Assembly (NCBI RefSeq): GCF_902713615.1
Contig: NC_052157.1
Span: forward strand, 61,530,146-61,594,145
Length of the DNA: 64,000 nucleotides
Reading direction: 5' to 3'
Source of the DNA: Scyliorhinus canicula
Taxonomy: Eukaryota
Part shown: in pieces, positions 12,374-23,002 of the stretch
How the letters are laid out: each line of letters starts with the position of its first letter
How positions within the stretch are numbered: the stretch's first letter is position 1
Position numbers and translations under genes: made by a program
Notes under the pieces: generated by a model
The model's input: the letters and a program-made list of their open reading frames with translations, nothing else
The model's database searches: none
Told to the model about the DNA's origin: nothing

Positions 12374-12553
12374 AAAAAAAAATTCTTTTTAAAAAAAAAA
12401 ATTTTTTTTTTTACATTTTTTTTTTAAATTTAGATTACCCAATTATTGCAAAATGTGCAAACTTCACACGCACATTGACCCAGAGCTGGGATCGAACCTG
12501 GGACCTCAGTTCCGTGAGGCGGTTGTGCTAACCACTAGGCCACCGTGCTGCCC
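12374..12553 (-). mobile_element. Internally deleted V-SINE inserted in the hAT left subterminal region
   Basis: 12-bp TSD cagagaaggaaa at 12362-12373 and 12554-12565; tRNA-like head at the right end. Confidence 0.85.
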
Positions 12554-13184
12554 CAGAGAAGGAAATAAGATAGTAATTTTAAAATTTCAGCGGTGATAAA
12601 TCAGTTTTTGGAGGCTCACCACACTGCAGAGGCAGTTGTTAGCCCTTTATTCCTTTAACATGGTGTACCCTTTCTGTCTAGAGAAAATGGTCCTTCTCCC
12701 CATCCCCCCCACGCGCATGCGCATGATGTACGTGGTGCAACCATCAAAAGCAACAAGCAGACGTGGCTGTTCGTTTCTGCATTTCCTCGAGTCATAACTC
12801 GTCTTTTCTTCAGCTTTTTGTGCATCTAGATTAGTTCTTTTACCTACTCAGGTCAGTGAATAGCTCTAGAACAGGTGCAACTACGGTTTTTATAGGTTTT
12901 TTGGCGATATTTAATTAAATATTTACGTGGGATGTAGTAAGAGTGAAGCCTGGATGATCAGAGGACTGCTATGGCATTTAATCTCGGAATAGGAGACATT
13001 TATTCCTTAACATGCTAATATTCGAATACAGATACCACTAATTTGCAAGTCTATCATATAAATTGCACAAAATTATCAGTGGAGAATCAGTGTGAAATAA
13101 TTTGATACGAAGGAACAAAGAAATGAAATATGGTTTATCCGTCTGCAACTGACCGATTGTTTACCATTTTCTTCCCATTTTCTC

Positions 13185-15746
13185 ATGCGTCTTACGGTTT
13201 TTGAGATAGAAAATGAAATGTTACGAGTATTTTGTGTACAACCGAGTGGAGCACAGAACAGGGAAAAAAAGAGGGCCAGAGTCGAAGAAGAGTCCCATCA
13301 AAGAGGGGCATTAGATGCATGGATAAAAAGAAGTAAAGAAGAAGTAGGAGAACCTGGAGAAGTAAAAGATGATGTGGGTGCAGAGAAGGATTTTTCTGAT
13401 ACGGATTCAGCTCGGTCAGAACATAATACTCTCTCTCCTCAGTCTCGTTGTCAGGATGATGATCCATGTGAAGAAAATAAAGAAGATATTTGCATATTTT
13501 TGCAAAGAAGCAATTTTGGCTGTTTGAAGAAACCGATTCCAGATCATTTGAAGATGACAATATTACAACATGGCCCTGAAAGATATCAGAATAAAAGTGG
13601 TCCATTTGCTGAGAAGGATGGGAGATCATTTTTCAAACAGTGGTTTGATAAAGTTTCCACAAACAGAGAAATTGTGGAGAGAAAATGGTTGTTATACTCT
13701 CCATATCGGAAAGCATGCTACTGTTTTGTTTGCTTTTTGTTTTCAAAGGAGCATTTGTCGTCTGTGTCAAACTTTGGAAAGGAAGACGGTTTCTCCACTT
13801 GGAGAAAATTAAATCCAACAATACCTGACCGTGAGAAAAGCCCTTCTCATAGAGCTCACATGAGGGAATACCTGAACCTTGTAGTTCGACTCCATCATTC
13901 AACTACGATAGATGCTGAACTTCAACAGCAAATGTCTGCTGAAAAGAAAAGATGGAAAGCTATAACTGAACGGATTGTCGAGGTTATATCCTTTCTGGCA
14001 AAGCAGAATCTGGCCTATCGTGGACATCGAGGAGAAGGAATATCTGGGTTATCAGAGCCAGGGGAGACAGTCAGTGAAAATACAGGAAACTTTCTAGCAA
14101 CAATCAGACTTTTGGCCAAATATGATGACATCTTAGCAAAACACTTGCAGAGAGGGAAAGAGAAACCAAAAAGTGTCACCTACTTGTCCAACAGAATTCA
14201 AAACGAAATAATCAATCTTCTTGGTGAAACTGTCAAGAAAAATATAATTTCTGAAATTAAGGACGCAAAATATTTTAGCATAATGCTGGATTCAACTCCA
14301 GATATTGCCCATGAAGATCAGGTTTCTGAAATTCTGCGTTACGTTCATATTGATGAAAACAGAAAAGTAGAAATAAAGGAGACATTTCTGGGATTTTTTC
14401 AAGTCAACAAGAAAGATGCAGTCAGCCTGGTAAATAAAATTCAGGAAAAATTGGAAGAAGACAAAATTTCCATGAATGACTGTTGTGGTCAAGCATATGA
14501 TAACGCAGCAGTTATGGCTGGAGTGAGAGGAGGTGTTCAACAAAAAATTCTTGAAGTTAACCCAAAAGCTGTGTTTGTGAACTGCGAGAACCACAGCCTC
14601 AATTTGTCCTGTGTCCATGCAAGTGAGGTGCAACCTGTTGTTGTTACATTTTTTGGCATTCTAGAAAAACTCTTTACTTTTTTTTCTTCATCTACTTCTC
14701 GTTGGGAAGTGTTAAAATCATTTGTCACTCGGACTGTGAAAAGACAGTGTGACACAAGATGGAGTTCCAGCCATGATGCTGTGCAAGTAATCCACGAAGA
14801 GTGTGACAACGTTATTGCAAGCCTTCAACACCTGCTGGAAGGAGAATTTTCAAGGGAAACTAAATCTGATGCAGGATCGCTCCTGAACTCTATTCAACAG
14901 TTCCCGTTTATAGCTTTATTAAATTTTTGGTACTCAGTTTTATCATCAGTGGATAAAGTCTCAAAACGTTTGCAGGATCCGAAAATGGGGTTCCATGAAG
15001 CTTCTTGTGATCTGAGAGGACTTATTCATATCTTGAATTTGAAGAATGACGAAATTATCCACAATGCAATAGATTTAGCCAATGAATATTGTCAAAATTG
15101 GGGAATACCAATTGCACGAACAAGGAAAAGAAGAATAATGCCTGGAGAGTCAGCAAGAGATAGTGGACTGACGGCACAAGAAGAAATGAATAGAGTAATG
15201 GTAGAGATAGTGAACAGATTAAAAACTGAAATTGAAGACCGCAGTGTCCGTCTTCAAAGACTCAGTGACCGATTTTCTTTTCTTCTGAACTTGAATTCAG
15301 GAGTGATTGAAGATGAACAAGAAAGAGAGAAATTAAAAAAGGAATGTTCAGACTTTGCAAATTATTATGACAATGATGTGGTTGCAATTCAGTTATATGA
15401 CAAAATTATTGATTTTGTGATGCTCCTTCGAGCTGGAGGGAATAGAGTTCCCCCTGATCCTAAAGATGCTCTGGAGTCTTTACTGCAGTATGGGAGGGAT
15501 GTCTTTCCGACGCTGTGTGTTTCATACAGATTACTGCTTACAATTGCATTTTCAGTCGCAAGCTGTGAAAGGTCATTTTCAAAACTGAAATTAATAAAAA
15601 CATATCTGAGGTCTTCTATGTCACAGGAGCGACTGACCAACCTGGCTTTAATAAGCATTGAAAAAGAATTTCTCACAGCTGATGTAAAAAGTGAAGTAGT
15701 TCAGGTGTTTTGTGACAGAAGGTATCATTTGGGGAAAAGAACTTAA
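13185..15746 (+). CDS. hAT transposase (ZMYM1-like: TTF zinc finger, DDE core, C-terminal dimerisation domain), 853 aa, uninterrupted
   Basis: CYCFVCFLF...H zinc finger, MLDSTPD, AYDNAAVM, CxxH (CENH), TRW, and SCERSFSKLKLIKTYLRSSMSQERLTNLALISIE. The true start codon is uncertain. Confidence 0.93.
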   Translation: MRLTVFEIENEMLRVFCVQPSGAQNREKKRARVEEESHQRGALDAWIKRSKEEVGEPGEVKDDVGAEKDFSDTDSARSEHNTLSPQSRCQDDDPCEENKEDICIFLQRSNFGCLKKPIPDHLKMTILQHGPERYQNKSGPFAEKDGRSFFKQWFDKVSTNREIVERKWLLYSPYRKACYCFVCFLFSKEHLSSVSNFGKEDGFSTWRKLNPTIPDREKSPSHRAHMREYLNLVVRLHHSTTIDAELQQQMSAEKKRWKAITERIVEVISFLAKQNLAYRGHRGEGISGLSEPGETVSENTGNFLATIRLLAKYDDILAKHLQRGKEKPKSVTYLSNRIQNEIINLLGETVKKNIISEIKDAKYFSIMLDSTPDIAHEDQVSEILRYVHIDENRKVEIKETFLGFFQVNKKDAVSLVNKIQEKLEEDKISMNDCCGQAYDNAAVMAGVRGGVQQKILEVNPKAVFVNCENHSLNLSCVHASEVQPVVVTFFGILEKLFTFFSSSTSRWEVLKSFVTRTVKRQCDTRWSSSHDAVQVIHEECDNVIASLQHLLEGEFSRETKSDAGSLLNSIQQFPFIALLNFWYSVLSSVDKVSKRLQDPKMGFHEASCDLRGLIHILNLKNDEIIHNAIDLANEYCQNWGIPIARTRKRRIMPGESARDSGLTAQEEMNRVMVEIVNRLKTEIEDRSVRLQRLSDRFSFLLNLNSGVIEDEQEREKLKKECSDFANYYDNDVVAIQLYDKIIDFVMLLRAGGNRVPPDPKDALESLLQYGRDVFPTLCVSYRLLLTIAFSVASCERSFSKLKLIKTYLRSSMSQERLTNLALISIEKEFLTADVKSEVVQVFCDRRYHLGKRT

Positions 15747-16069
15747 TAAATTTGATTGATTTATATTAAAATCGAATAAAGCGTTTATTTCATGTTTCAT
15801 CTGTGTTTATATATTCAAAATGTTTTCCTTTCTCATAATATTTCTCAGTATATTAGGCCTTATACTTGAGTCTTTGGGGCATACAATCAAGATTTGCCCC
15901 GGGCATCACCAGACCTCTGCACGCCACTGTTCAGTGTACATGTGAAAACTAACACTGTTCAGATGATGTTGCAAAGCCATTACAAGTAATTCTCTATCTA
16001 GGATTAGACAGCAATGGAACCAGGTTAGAGCAGCCCCACCCAGCTGGATAACATTGTACAGAAGCATTG

Positions 16070-17400
16070 GAGGGGTAGGTGTGGTTAATCATGTCAAAGG
16101 CTGCAGAAAGGTCAAGAAGGGCAGGTTTCTCTTCCTCACAGTCACATAAGGTGCCATTAGTGACTTTCTTTTTTTAAATCTGGAGTACCCAATTCATTTT
16201 TTTCAATTAAGGGGCAATTTAGTGTGGCCAATCCACCTACTCTGCACATCTTTGGGTTGTGGGCTGAGACCCACGCAAACACTGGAAGCATGTGCAAACT
16301 TCACATGGACAGTGACCCAGAGCCGGGATCGAACCTGGGACTTCAAAGAACAAAGAACAAAGAAAAGTACAGCACAGGAACAGGCCCTTCGGCCCTCCAA
16401 GCCCGTGATTCCCATCCTATTGTCAAATAATTTACAGTGCAGAAGGAGGCCATTGGGCCCATCGAGTCTGCACCGGCTATTCATGTATTTGTCAAGATGC
16501 CGCTGAAATGTCACGATCGTCCCTGCTTCCACCACCTCCTCCAGCAGCGAGTTCCAGGCACCCACTACCCTCTGTGTAAAAAACTTGCCTCGTACATCTA
16601 CTCTAGACCTTTCCCCTCGCACCTTACACCTATGCCCCCTAATAATTGACCCCTCTACCCTGGGAAAAAGCCTCTGTCTATCCACTCTGTCTATGCCCCT
16701 CATAATTTTGTAGACCTCTATCAGGTGGCCCCTTAACCTCCGTCGTTCCAGTGAGAACAAAACAAATTTATTCAACCGCTCCTCATAGCTAATGCCCTCC
16801 ATGCCAGGCAACATCCTGGTAAATCTCTTCTGCACCCTGTCTAAAGCCTCCACATCCTTCCGGCAGTGTGGCGACCAGAATTGAACACTATACTCCAAGT
16901 GTGGCCTAACTAAGGTTCTATACAGCTTTGGCACCGTGAGGCAGCAGTGCTATCCAGTGTGCCATCGTGCTGCCCCGTCATTAGTGACTTTAATAAGAGC
17001 TGTTTCAGTACTGTCACCGTGGCAGAAACCGGATTGGAAGGGATCAAATATGGAGTTCCTGGAGAGATGTGAACGGATTCGGAAGATGAAAACATGTTCA
17101 AGGATTTTGGAGAGGAAAGAGAGGTTGGAGATGGAATGGGAGTTTATAAGGACAGTGGGGTCAAGGGTTGTTTCTTTGAGGAGAGAGTTGTTTGAGGCAG
17201 ATTTGAAGGAGAGAGGGATGACACATGAAAAGCGAGAACTGTTAACAATATCAGTTGATATGAGGATCAGGAGGGGATGTTGTGTGGCTAGCAACTTACT
17301 GGGAATAGTCAAGGGAAGAGGAGATAGCCCTGATGGAAAAGATGTGTTCACAAAGGACACGAGAGAAGACAGGTGAGAAACTGGAAAAAGATGTGAGTTC
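16070..17400 (-). mobile_element. L2 LINE RT fragment hosting a V-SINE (about 16165-16972) that itself hosts a CR1 3' fragment (about 16345-16925)
   Basis: L2-type RT SNLSFLSKILE...FQSGF...STETALIKVTND. SINE TSD cattagtgacttt on both sides. CR1 C-terminus LYRTLVRPHLEYSVQFWSPH splits the SINE head. Confidence 0.85.
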
Positions 17401-17829
17401 AGGGATAGGGGGGGGGAGGGGGGGGGGGGGGGGGGGGGGGGCATCAGTGGCGTTTGTCATAGTGGATTATTGGAAGGGAGGGTCAAGACAGAGGCAGCTG
17501 ATTCGATTGTCTCAATCTTCGTGACACAGAATCCAGTGTTTTCTTTGAGGAGGATGTTTTCCCTGTAGACATCAGGAGGATCCTGAACCCAGAGGAGAGA
17601 AAGCAAGATGAGTTAAGATGGAGGTTGAAACCTCCGAGGATGGGAATTTATTCAATGCAGACAGAGTGAGGAAGGCAGTGAAGATATCTTGGTGAGAAAT
17701 AGAAAATCATTAAAAACAGTGATGCTGGTTAACACGGCCACAAAACAAGCAAATCAAACACTAGGATGTATTATTTCCCATTGAGTATTGAATGTGAATT
17801 GTTGAGGAATTATATAACACAGCACTTAC

Positions 17830-18186
17830 CAGAAACCTGAAGCTGGGTTACAGGTTCGTAGCTGTATTTATTATGGTCCTCAAATTCTATTCTGAAATAA
17901 TATCTTCCTGCGTCTTGTTGTCTGACGTTGTTTATTATCAGGGAACAGTTGTCATCTTCCAGGTCTCCAGACAGCCGGGTCCGATGCTGGAACTGTGTTG
18001 ATATAATATTCTGATCCTTGGAATGAAAGGCTGTAGTTCCACTGTTATCGTAATACCAGATTCCAACACGCGGTCGGCTTGCCAAGTGCATTGGGTAACT
18101 GTAATTACATGGAATCTGTACACAGGAACCTTTCTCCGCTGTCAACTTTTCTGGAATGTTGGCTTTCCACTCTTGTGACAGTCCAA
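17830..18186 (-). CDS. Intact V-set Ig exon of a Siglec/CD33/MAG-like lectin (copy 1)
   Basis: 357-bp phase 1-1 exon with tttctctctgcag acceptor and gtaagt donor. Siglec-type Cys pattern GSCVQIPCNY...DNCSLII, F-strand YYFRIE retaining the sialic-acid-binding Arg, and G-strand KYSY. Confidence 0.9.
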
Positions 18187-18729
18187 CTGCAGAGAGAAAT
18201 ATCAACATTTAACACCGCATAGTTTGTAGATACACTCAATCAACATCTACCCCTTCCGTCATTGATGCACATGACTGCAGTGTGGACAATCTACAGGACA
18301 CCAAAGGAACTCCCCAAGATTTTACAATGGATGGAAGATAATCCTGGATACAGGAGTGGACAAGTGTATCCTACATTGTCTCATGGGCCTCAGACCCGGT
18401 TTAGTTAAGTCAGTCTTCCACCCTACTCAGTGTCTACAAGATGAAATCAGATACATGCAGACAAAACAATGGATTAGGAGCCCTCAGAACTCCCACCATT
18501 ATCACCAATCATGAATCACTCATTTGCCTCACCTTCCTGGATCCTCACTGTCTCAGACTGCAGTTCCTATTGTAATATGTGTTTGAGGGTTAGCAGCATG
18601 ACATCATGAGAGTGGAAGTGTATCATGTGACCAATCTCAGTTTCACTTTGGCCTGTGAGCAGAACATAGCACACACAGCTCTGTTACTGGGGTCTTCCAG
18701 CTTTCATCCATTTTGATCGGAAAAATGGA

Positions 18730-19798
18730 AAGGCAACTTATCTAAATGGGGAGAGACTTTGGGTGCTCCAATGCAGAGGGATCTGGGTGTCCTTGTTTAT
18801 GCATCACAGAAAACTAGCTTTTATAGCTGAAGAAATAGAGTATAAAGGTAAGGAAGTGTTGTTGCAACTTTACAAGGCATTGGTGAGACATGGAGCATTG
18901 TGCACAGTTTTGGTCCCATTAATTGCGTAAAGATGTAGTGGCATTGGAGGCAGTTCAGAGGAGGTTCACTCGATTGATTCTAGAGAAGGGCAGCATAGTA
19001 GCATAGTGATTAGCAAAGTTGCTTCACAGCTCCAGGGTCCCAGGTTCGATTCCTGGCTTGGGTCACTGTCTGTGTGGAGTCTGCACGTTCTCCCCGTATC
19101 TGCGTGAGTTTCCTCTGGGTGCTCCGGTTTTCTCCCACAGTCCAAAGATGTGCGGGTTAGGTAGATTGGCCATGTTAAATTGCCCTTAGTGTCCAAAACA
19201 TGTTAAGTGGGGGTTACTGGGTTACGGGGATAGGGTAGATACATGAGCTTCAGTAGGGTGCTCTTTGTAAGGGCAGGTGCAGACTCGATGGGCCGAATGG
19301 CCGCCTTCTGCACTGTAAATTCTATGTGATTCTGTGAGATGAAGGATTTGATTTAAGAAGAGAGATTAAGCAGTTTAGGCCTCTACTCGAGTTATGAAGA
19401 ATGAAGGGAGGTTAAATTGAGATATAGAAGGTGATAAAGGGTGTGATAAGGTAGACATGGAGCAGATTCTTCCTCTTGTGGGGCATTCTAGAAACATCTA
19501 GGTCATAGTCTCAGGGTAAGGGGGAGCAAACTAAAACAGAGATGAGGAGAAAGTACTTCTCACAAAGGGTTTTGAATCTGCAATTTGCTTCCCCAGTTTG
19601 CCGTGCAAGTTGGGAAAGTGAATAAATTTAAGGAAAGGACAGACAGATTTTTAATTCGCAATGGGTTGAAGGGTAATGGAGAACGGGCAGGACAATGGAG
19701 TTGAGGGCATGATGCGATCAGTCATGATCGTATTGAACGATTGAGCAGGCTTGAGAGGCTAAATTACCTACTCCTCCTCTTAGCTCTCATGTTCTTAT
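18730..19798 (+). mobile_element. CR1-type LINE 3' fragment split by a V-SINE (about 18985-19330)
   Basis: Degenerate RT C-terminal sequence (ttggaggcagttcagaggaggttcact) on both sides of the SINE, plus a CR1-like 3' tail. Confidence 0.75.
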
Positions 19799-20224
19799 TG
19801 TTACATCACCCTGGGTGAGTTCACGGTCAATTCCAGCCCACAGACCCCGGCGTCCCAACATAAGTGAATTAACCAATAATTTGCGCTTTCTGAAGACCGT
19901 TAACCCTTCACTGGTCCAATGAGTTACAGACACCAGATTTATAAGTAAAACAGGAACAAAATATTTATGAATAAAAAGGAGAAAAGATGAACATAAATAA
20001 GGCAACAACAGGACAGCCGTCTCCCAGTTTACCTAATCCCAAGATTCCTTCCCACCCTCTACCCAGATACACACAAGATAGACACAGGGCAAGGGTCGGC
20101 GGGGAATGAAATAAAATAGGGATTAAACAGGTAGGTTTTGAAATGAGACTTCACTGCTGTGGTTGCAGTCTCTGGGAAATAGGTTTACTTGAGAGGTTCA
20201 GGTTGGCGCAATTCTGACCTTCGA

Positions 20225-21146
20225 CCACCAGATGGCGCTTCACCTAAGAATTCTCGGTCGATGTGATCCCACTTTTTTTTTATTTTAAAAATCTTTTTAT
20301 TGTCACAAGTAGGCTTACATTAACACTGCAATGAAGTTACTGTGAAAAACTTTCATCCCCACATTCCGGCACCTGTTCGAGTACACAGAGGGAGAATTCA
20401 CAATGCCCAAGTCACCTAACAGCACGTCTGTGGGAGGAAACCGGAGCACCTGGAGGAAACCCACACACTCACGGGGAGAATGTGCAGACTCCGCACAGAC
20501 AGTGACCCAAGCCGGGAATCGAACCTGGGACCCTGGAGCTGTGAAGCCATAGTGCTAACCACTATGCTGCCGTGCTGCCTATCTTTCGCCACCAGGTGGA
20601 GCAAAGGCCGGGGAGTTCAGATCAGTGCCATTCTCATTGTCGGCCACCAGACGGTGCTGTACACAGGATATTCAGATCGGTGCACTTCTGCCTTTCTACC
20701 ACCAGATGGAGCTTTCACCTCCCTGCGAGGACAATACAGCTCTGATCCTGGAATTTAGCAGTTTTCATTGGCCTGATTCCTGTACAACACTGGCGGTTTT
20801 ATCGCAAATGCTGCGACTTAAAGCTTTAATTCTTCAGCACTTCCCAGCCTTTGACACACGCGTTTGAAGGTTGCTGATCTGTGGGAAAACTTGTATTTTT
20901 ACCACTCAAGTTCTCTTTCCCAGTTCTGTTGGCTGTCTTTGCTCCTTTCACAGATTTGCCTCGGATGCTTTTAAAATCGACCTGCAGAGAGAGGTAAGAG
21001 AGAGGCAGTCCTCAGGATGGTTGCTCGTTGGCTTCTTAACAGGACTGAGCAAAAGATAGCACTCTCCAGAAAACCCGCCTGTGATGAGATGCCGATGTGT
21101 TATATAATAGTTGGATGGTGTGAGACCACCAACCAGCAGGTGGCGG
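20225..21146 (+). promoter_or_regulatory. Cluster of five same-orientation CTCF-like motifs
   Basis: CCACCAGATGGCGC 20225-20238, CCACCAGGTGGAGC 20589-20602, CCACCAGACGGTGC 20644-20657, CCACCAGATGGAGC 20699-20712, CCAGCAGGTGGCGG 21133-21146. Another copy is at 32028-32041. Confidence 0.55.
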
Positions 21147-21459
21147 TACAGATACACCATGCTGTCTTCAGACCAAGATCATGTGACCTGGGACCCGGAT
21201 ATAAAGGGAGACACATCCAGCCATCTTCAGAAGAAGATTGAGAGGTTACTAAGACGTGCGTGTGATTGGCCAGTGCGATGTAAGTTCCAGAGGAGTAGCA
21301 ATACTCCATGATAACGTGCTCTGTATCAGATTGCCATCTTACCACAAGACACAATAAAAGGATCCTGGTTTGGACATATCGAAATGTTTGGGGAGTTACT
21401 TCATAAAGTACAAGGGACCAAACACAACATGGTACCACGAGTGCTGAAGATTTGAAATG

Positions 21460-23002
21460 GCAATGGCAGTGACAATGTTAGGCAATCGGCTTGAAGACTG
21501 GTCTGGTGAACTGCAACCTGAGGCAACCCAACGTTAAAAAAATACTGAAGTTTGAGATGGACGGACTGAGGGCCTCCCACCAGCTTCAGATGTCCAGTAA
21601 CGTAAATGAGAACAGGCGGCTGTTCAAATAGCAATTCGAACTTTGTTTCGGCTGTCAGACTGCAGGCCCAGCCTGATGAAAGGCTAATGAACTGGCAAAT
21701 CTGGCCGTTTCACTCCAATCACTCAAACTTATAACTCGTTTGTCTTTGAACGTGACGGGTGTCAGAAAAATTCTGATGAAGTTCCAAAGCGCTTTGAGCA
21801 GCATTGTCCCCCCCCCCCCCCCCCCCCCCCCAAGAAGATTGAAACTTTTGAAAGCTACATGATTTATATGCGTCCCCAGAGACCTGGCGAATCATTTGAC
21901 AGTTTTGTCACAGACTTGAGGCTGAACGCCCAGTCATGCAACTTCGGGGACTTAAAATTTGCCTTAATCCACAACCAAATTGTCTTTAGTTTGCTTGATG
22001 ATAAGCATAAGGTGATATTATTGCGGGAGGAAGCTTTGGTATTGGAAAAGGCAGTGAAGATTTGCCAGGCGAGCGAGATTGCTGCACAAAGAGTCGGCGC
22101 ACTCTGCTCAAAAGGTTTTGGTGTCAACGTGGATGAAGATGCCAGTGTCATTCGTGCTGTGACGCACATCATAAAGAAACATGGTCTCAGTCCGGTGGCC
22201 ATTTTAAGCAGCCGATCGGAGCCGCCGCCATCTTGTGCCAAAAATGTGGCACTCGACATCCTCCACGGCAATGTCTGGCCTATGGAAAAATTTGTTCCAG
22301 GTGCGGTGAGACTTTGCTGATCGGTCAGGGGTCAAGATAGACTTCGGCACAAGACTCTAGAGACCTTATATCTTTGCAAATTAGTGGGGCAGCACGGTAG
22401 CACAGTGGGTAGCACTGTTGCTTCACAGCGCTAGGGTCCCAGGTTCGATTCCCGGCTTGGGTCACTGTCTGTGTGGAGTCTGCACTTTTTCCCCGTGTCT
22501 GCGTGGGTTTCCTTCAGGTGCTCCGGTTTCCTCCCCAAGTTCCGAAAAATGTGCTGTTCAGTGAATTGGCCATTCTGAATTCTCCCTCAGTGTACCTGAA
22601 CAGATGCCGGAATGTGGTGACTCGGGGCCATTCACAGTAAATTCATTGCAGTGTCAGCCTACTTGTGGCAATAAAGATTATGAAAATCGTTTATTGTCAC
22701 AAGTAGGCTTTAAATGAAGTTACTGTGAAAAGCCCCTAGTCGCCACATTCCGGCACCTGTCCGGGAAGGCTGGTACGGGAATTGAACCGTGCTGCTGGCC
22801 TGCCTTGGTCTGCTTTAAAAGCCAGTGATTTAGCCCAGTGTGCTAAACCAGCACATATTATGGTGTTCTCAGTGGCAGGTATAAAGTACACAATACTCTT
22901 TCATTTTGTAGATTAGGATGTGGACTTAGTCATTGGTATAAAATCGTGTGAATCCTTGAATATAATCGAGCGGATAAATCTCCTCGGAGACAGCTGGTCA
23001 CC
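21460..23002 (+). pseudogene. Gypsy gag and protease remnants, with two SINEs at about 22385-22680 (+) and 22682-22855 (-)
   Basis: MRPQRPGESFDSFVTDLRLNAQSCNFGDL...LEKAVKICQASE (gag). VIGIKSCESLNIIERIN (protease C-terminus) just before the satellite. Confidence 0.8.

Larger units (their letters stand above)
12293..15929 (+). mobile_element. Full-length hAT DNA transposon
   Basis: Perfect 16-bp TIRs cagtggcgtgcagagg / cctctgcacgccactg. Perfect 8-bp TSD ttcagtgt at 12285-12292 and 15930-15937. Subterminal gccccgggcatc at both ends. Confidence 0.97.

Noticed and set aside
16203-16934. 243-aa ORF as a host gene
   Set aside because: CR1 RT C-terminus reading into tail and SINE sequence.
17810-17829. 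CCVI end of the read-through V exon as a CaaX prenylation signal
   Set aside because: It lies in intron sequence just past a canonical donor, and a signal-peptide protein would not meet cytosolic prenyltransferases.
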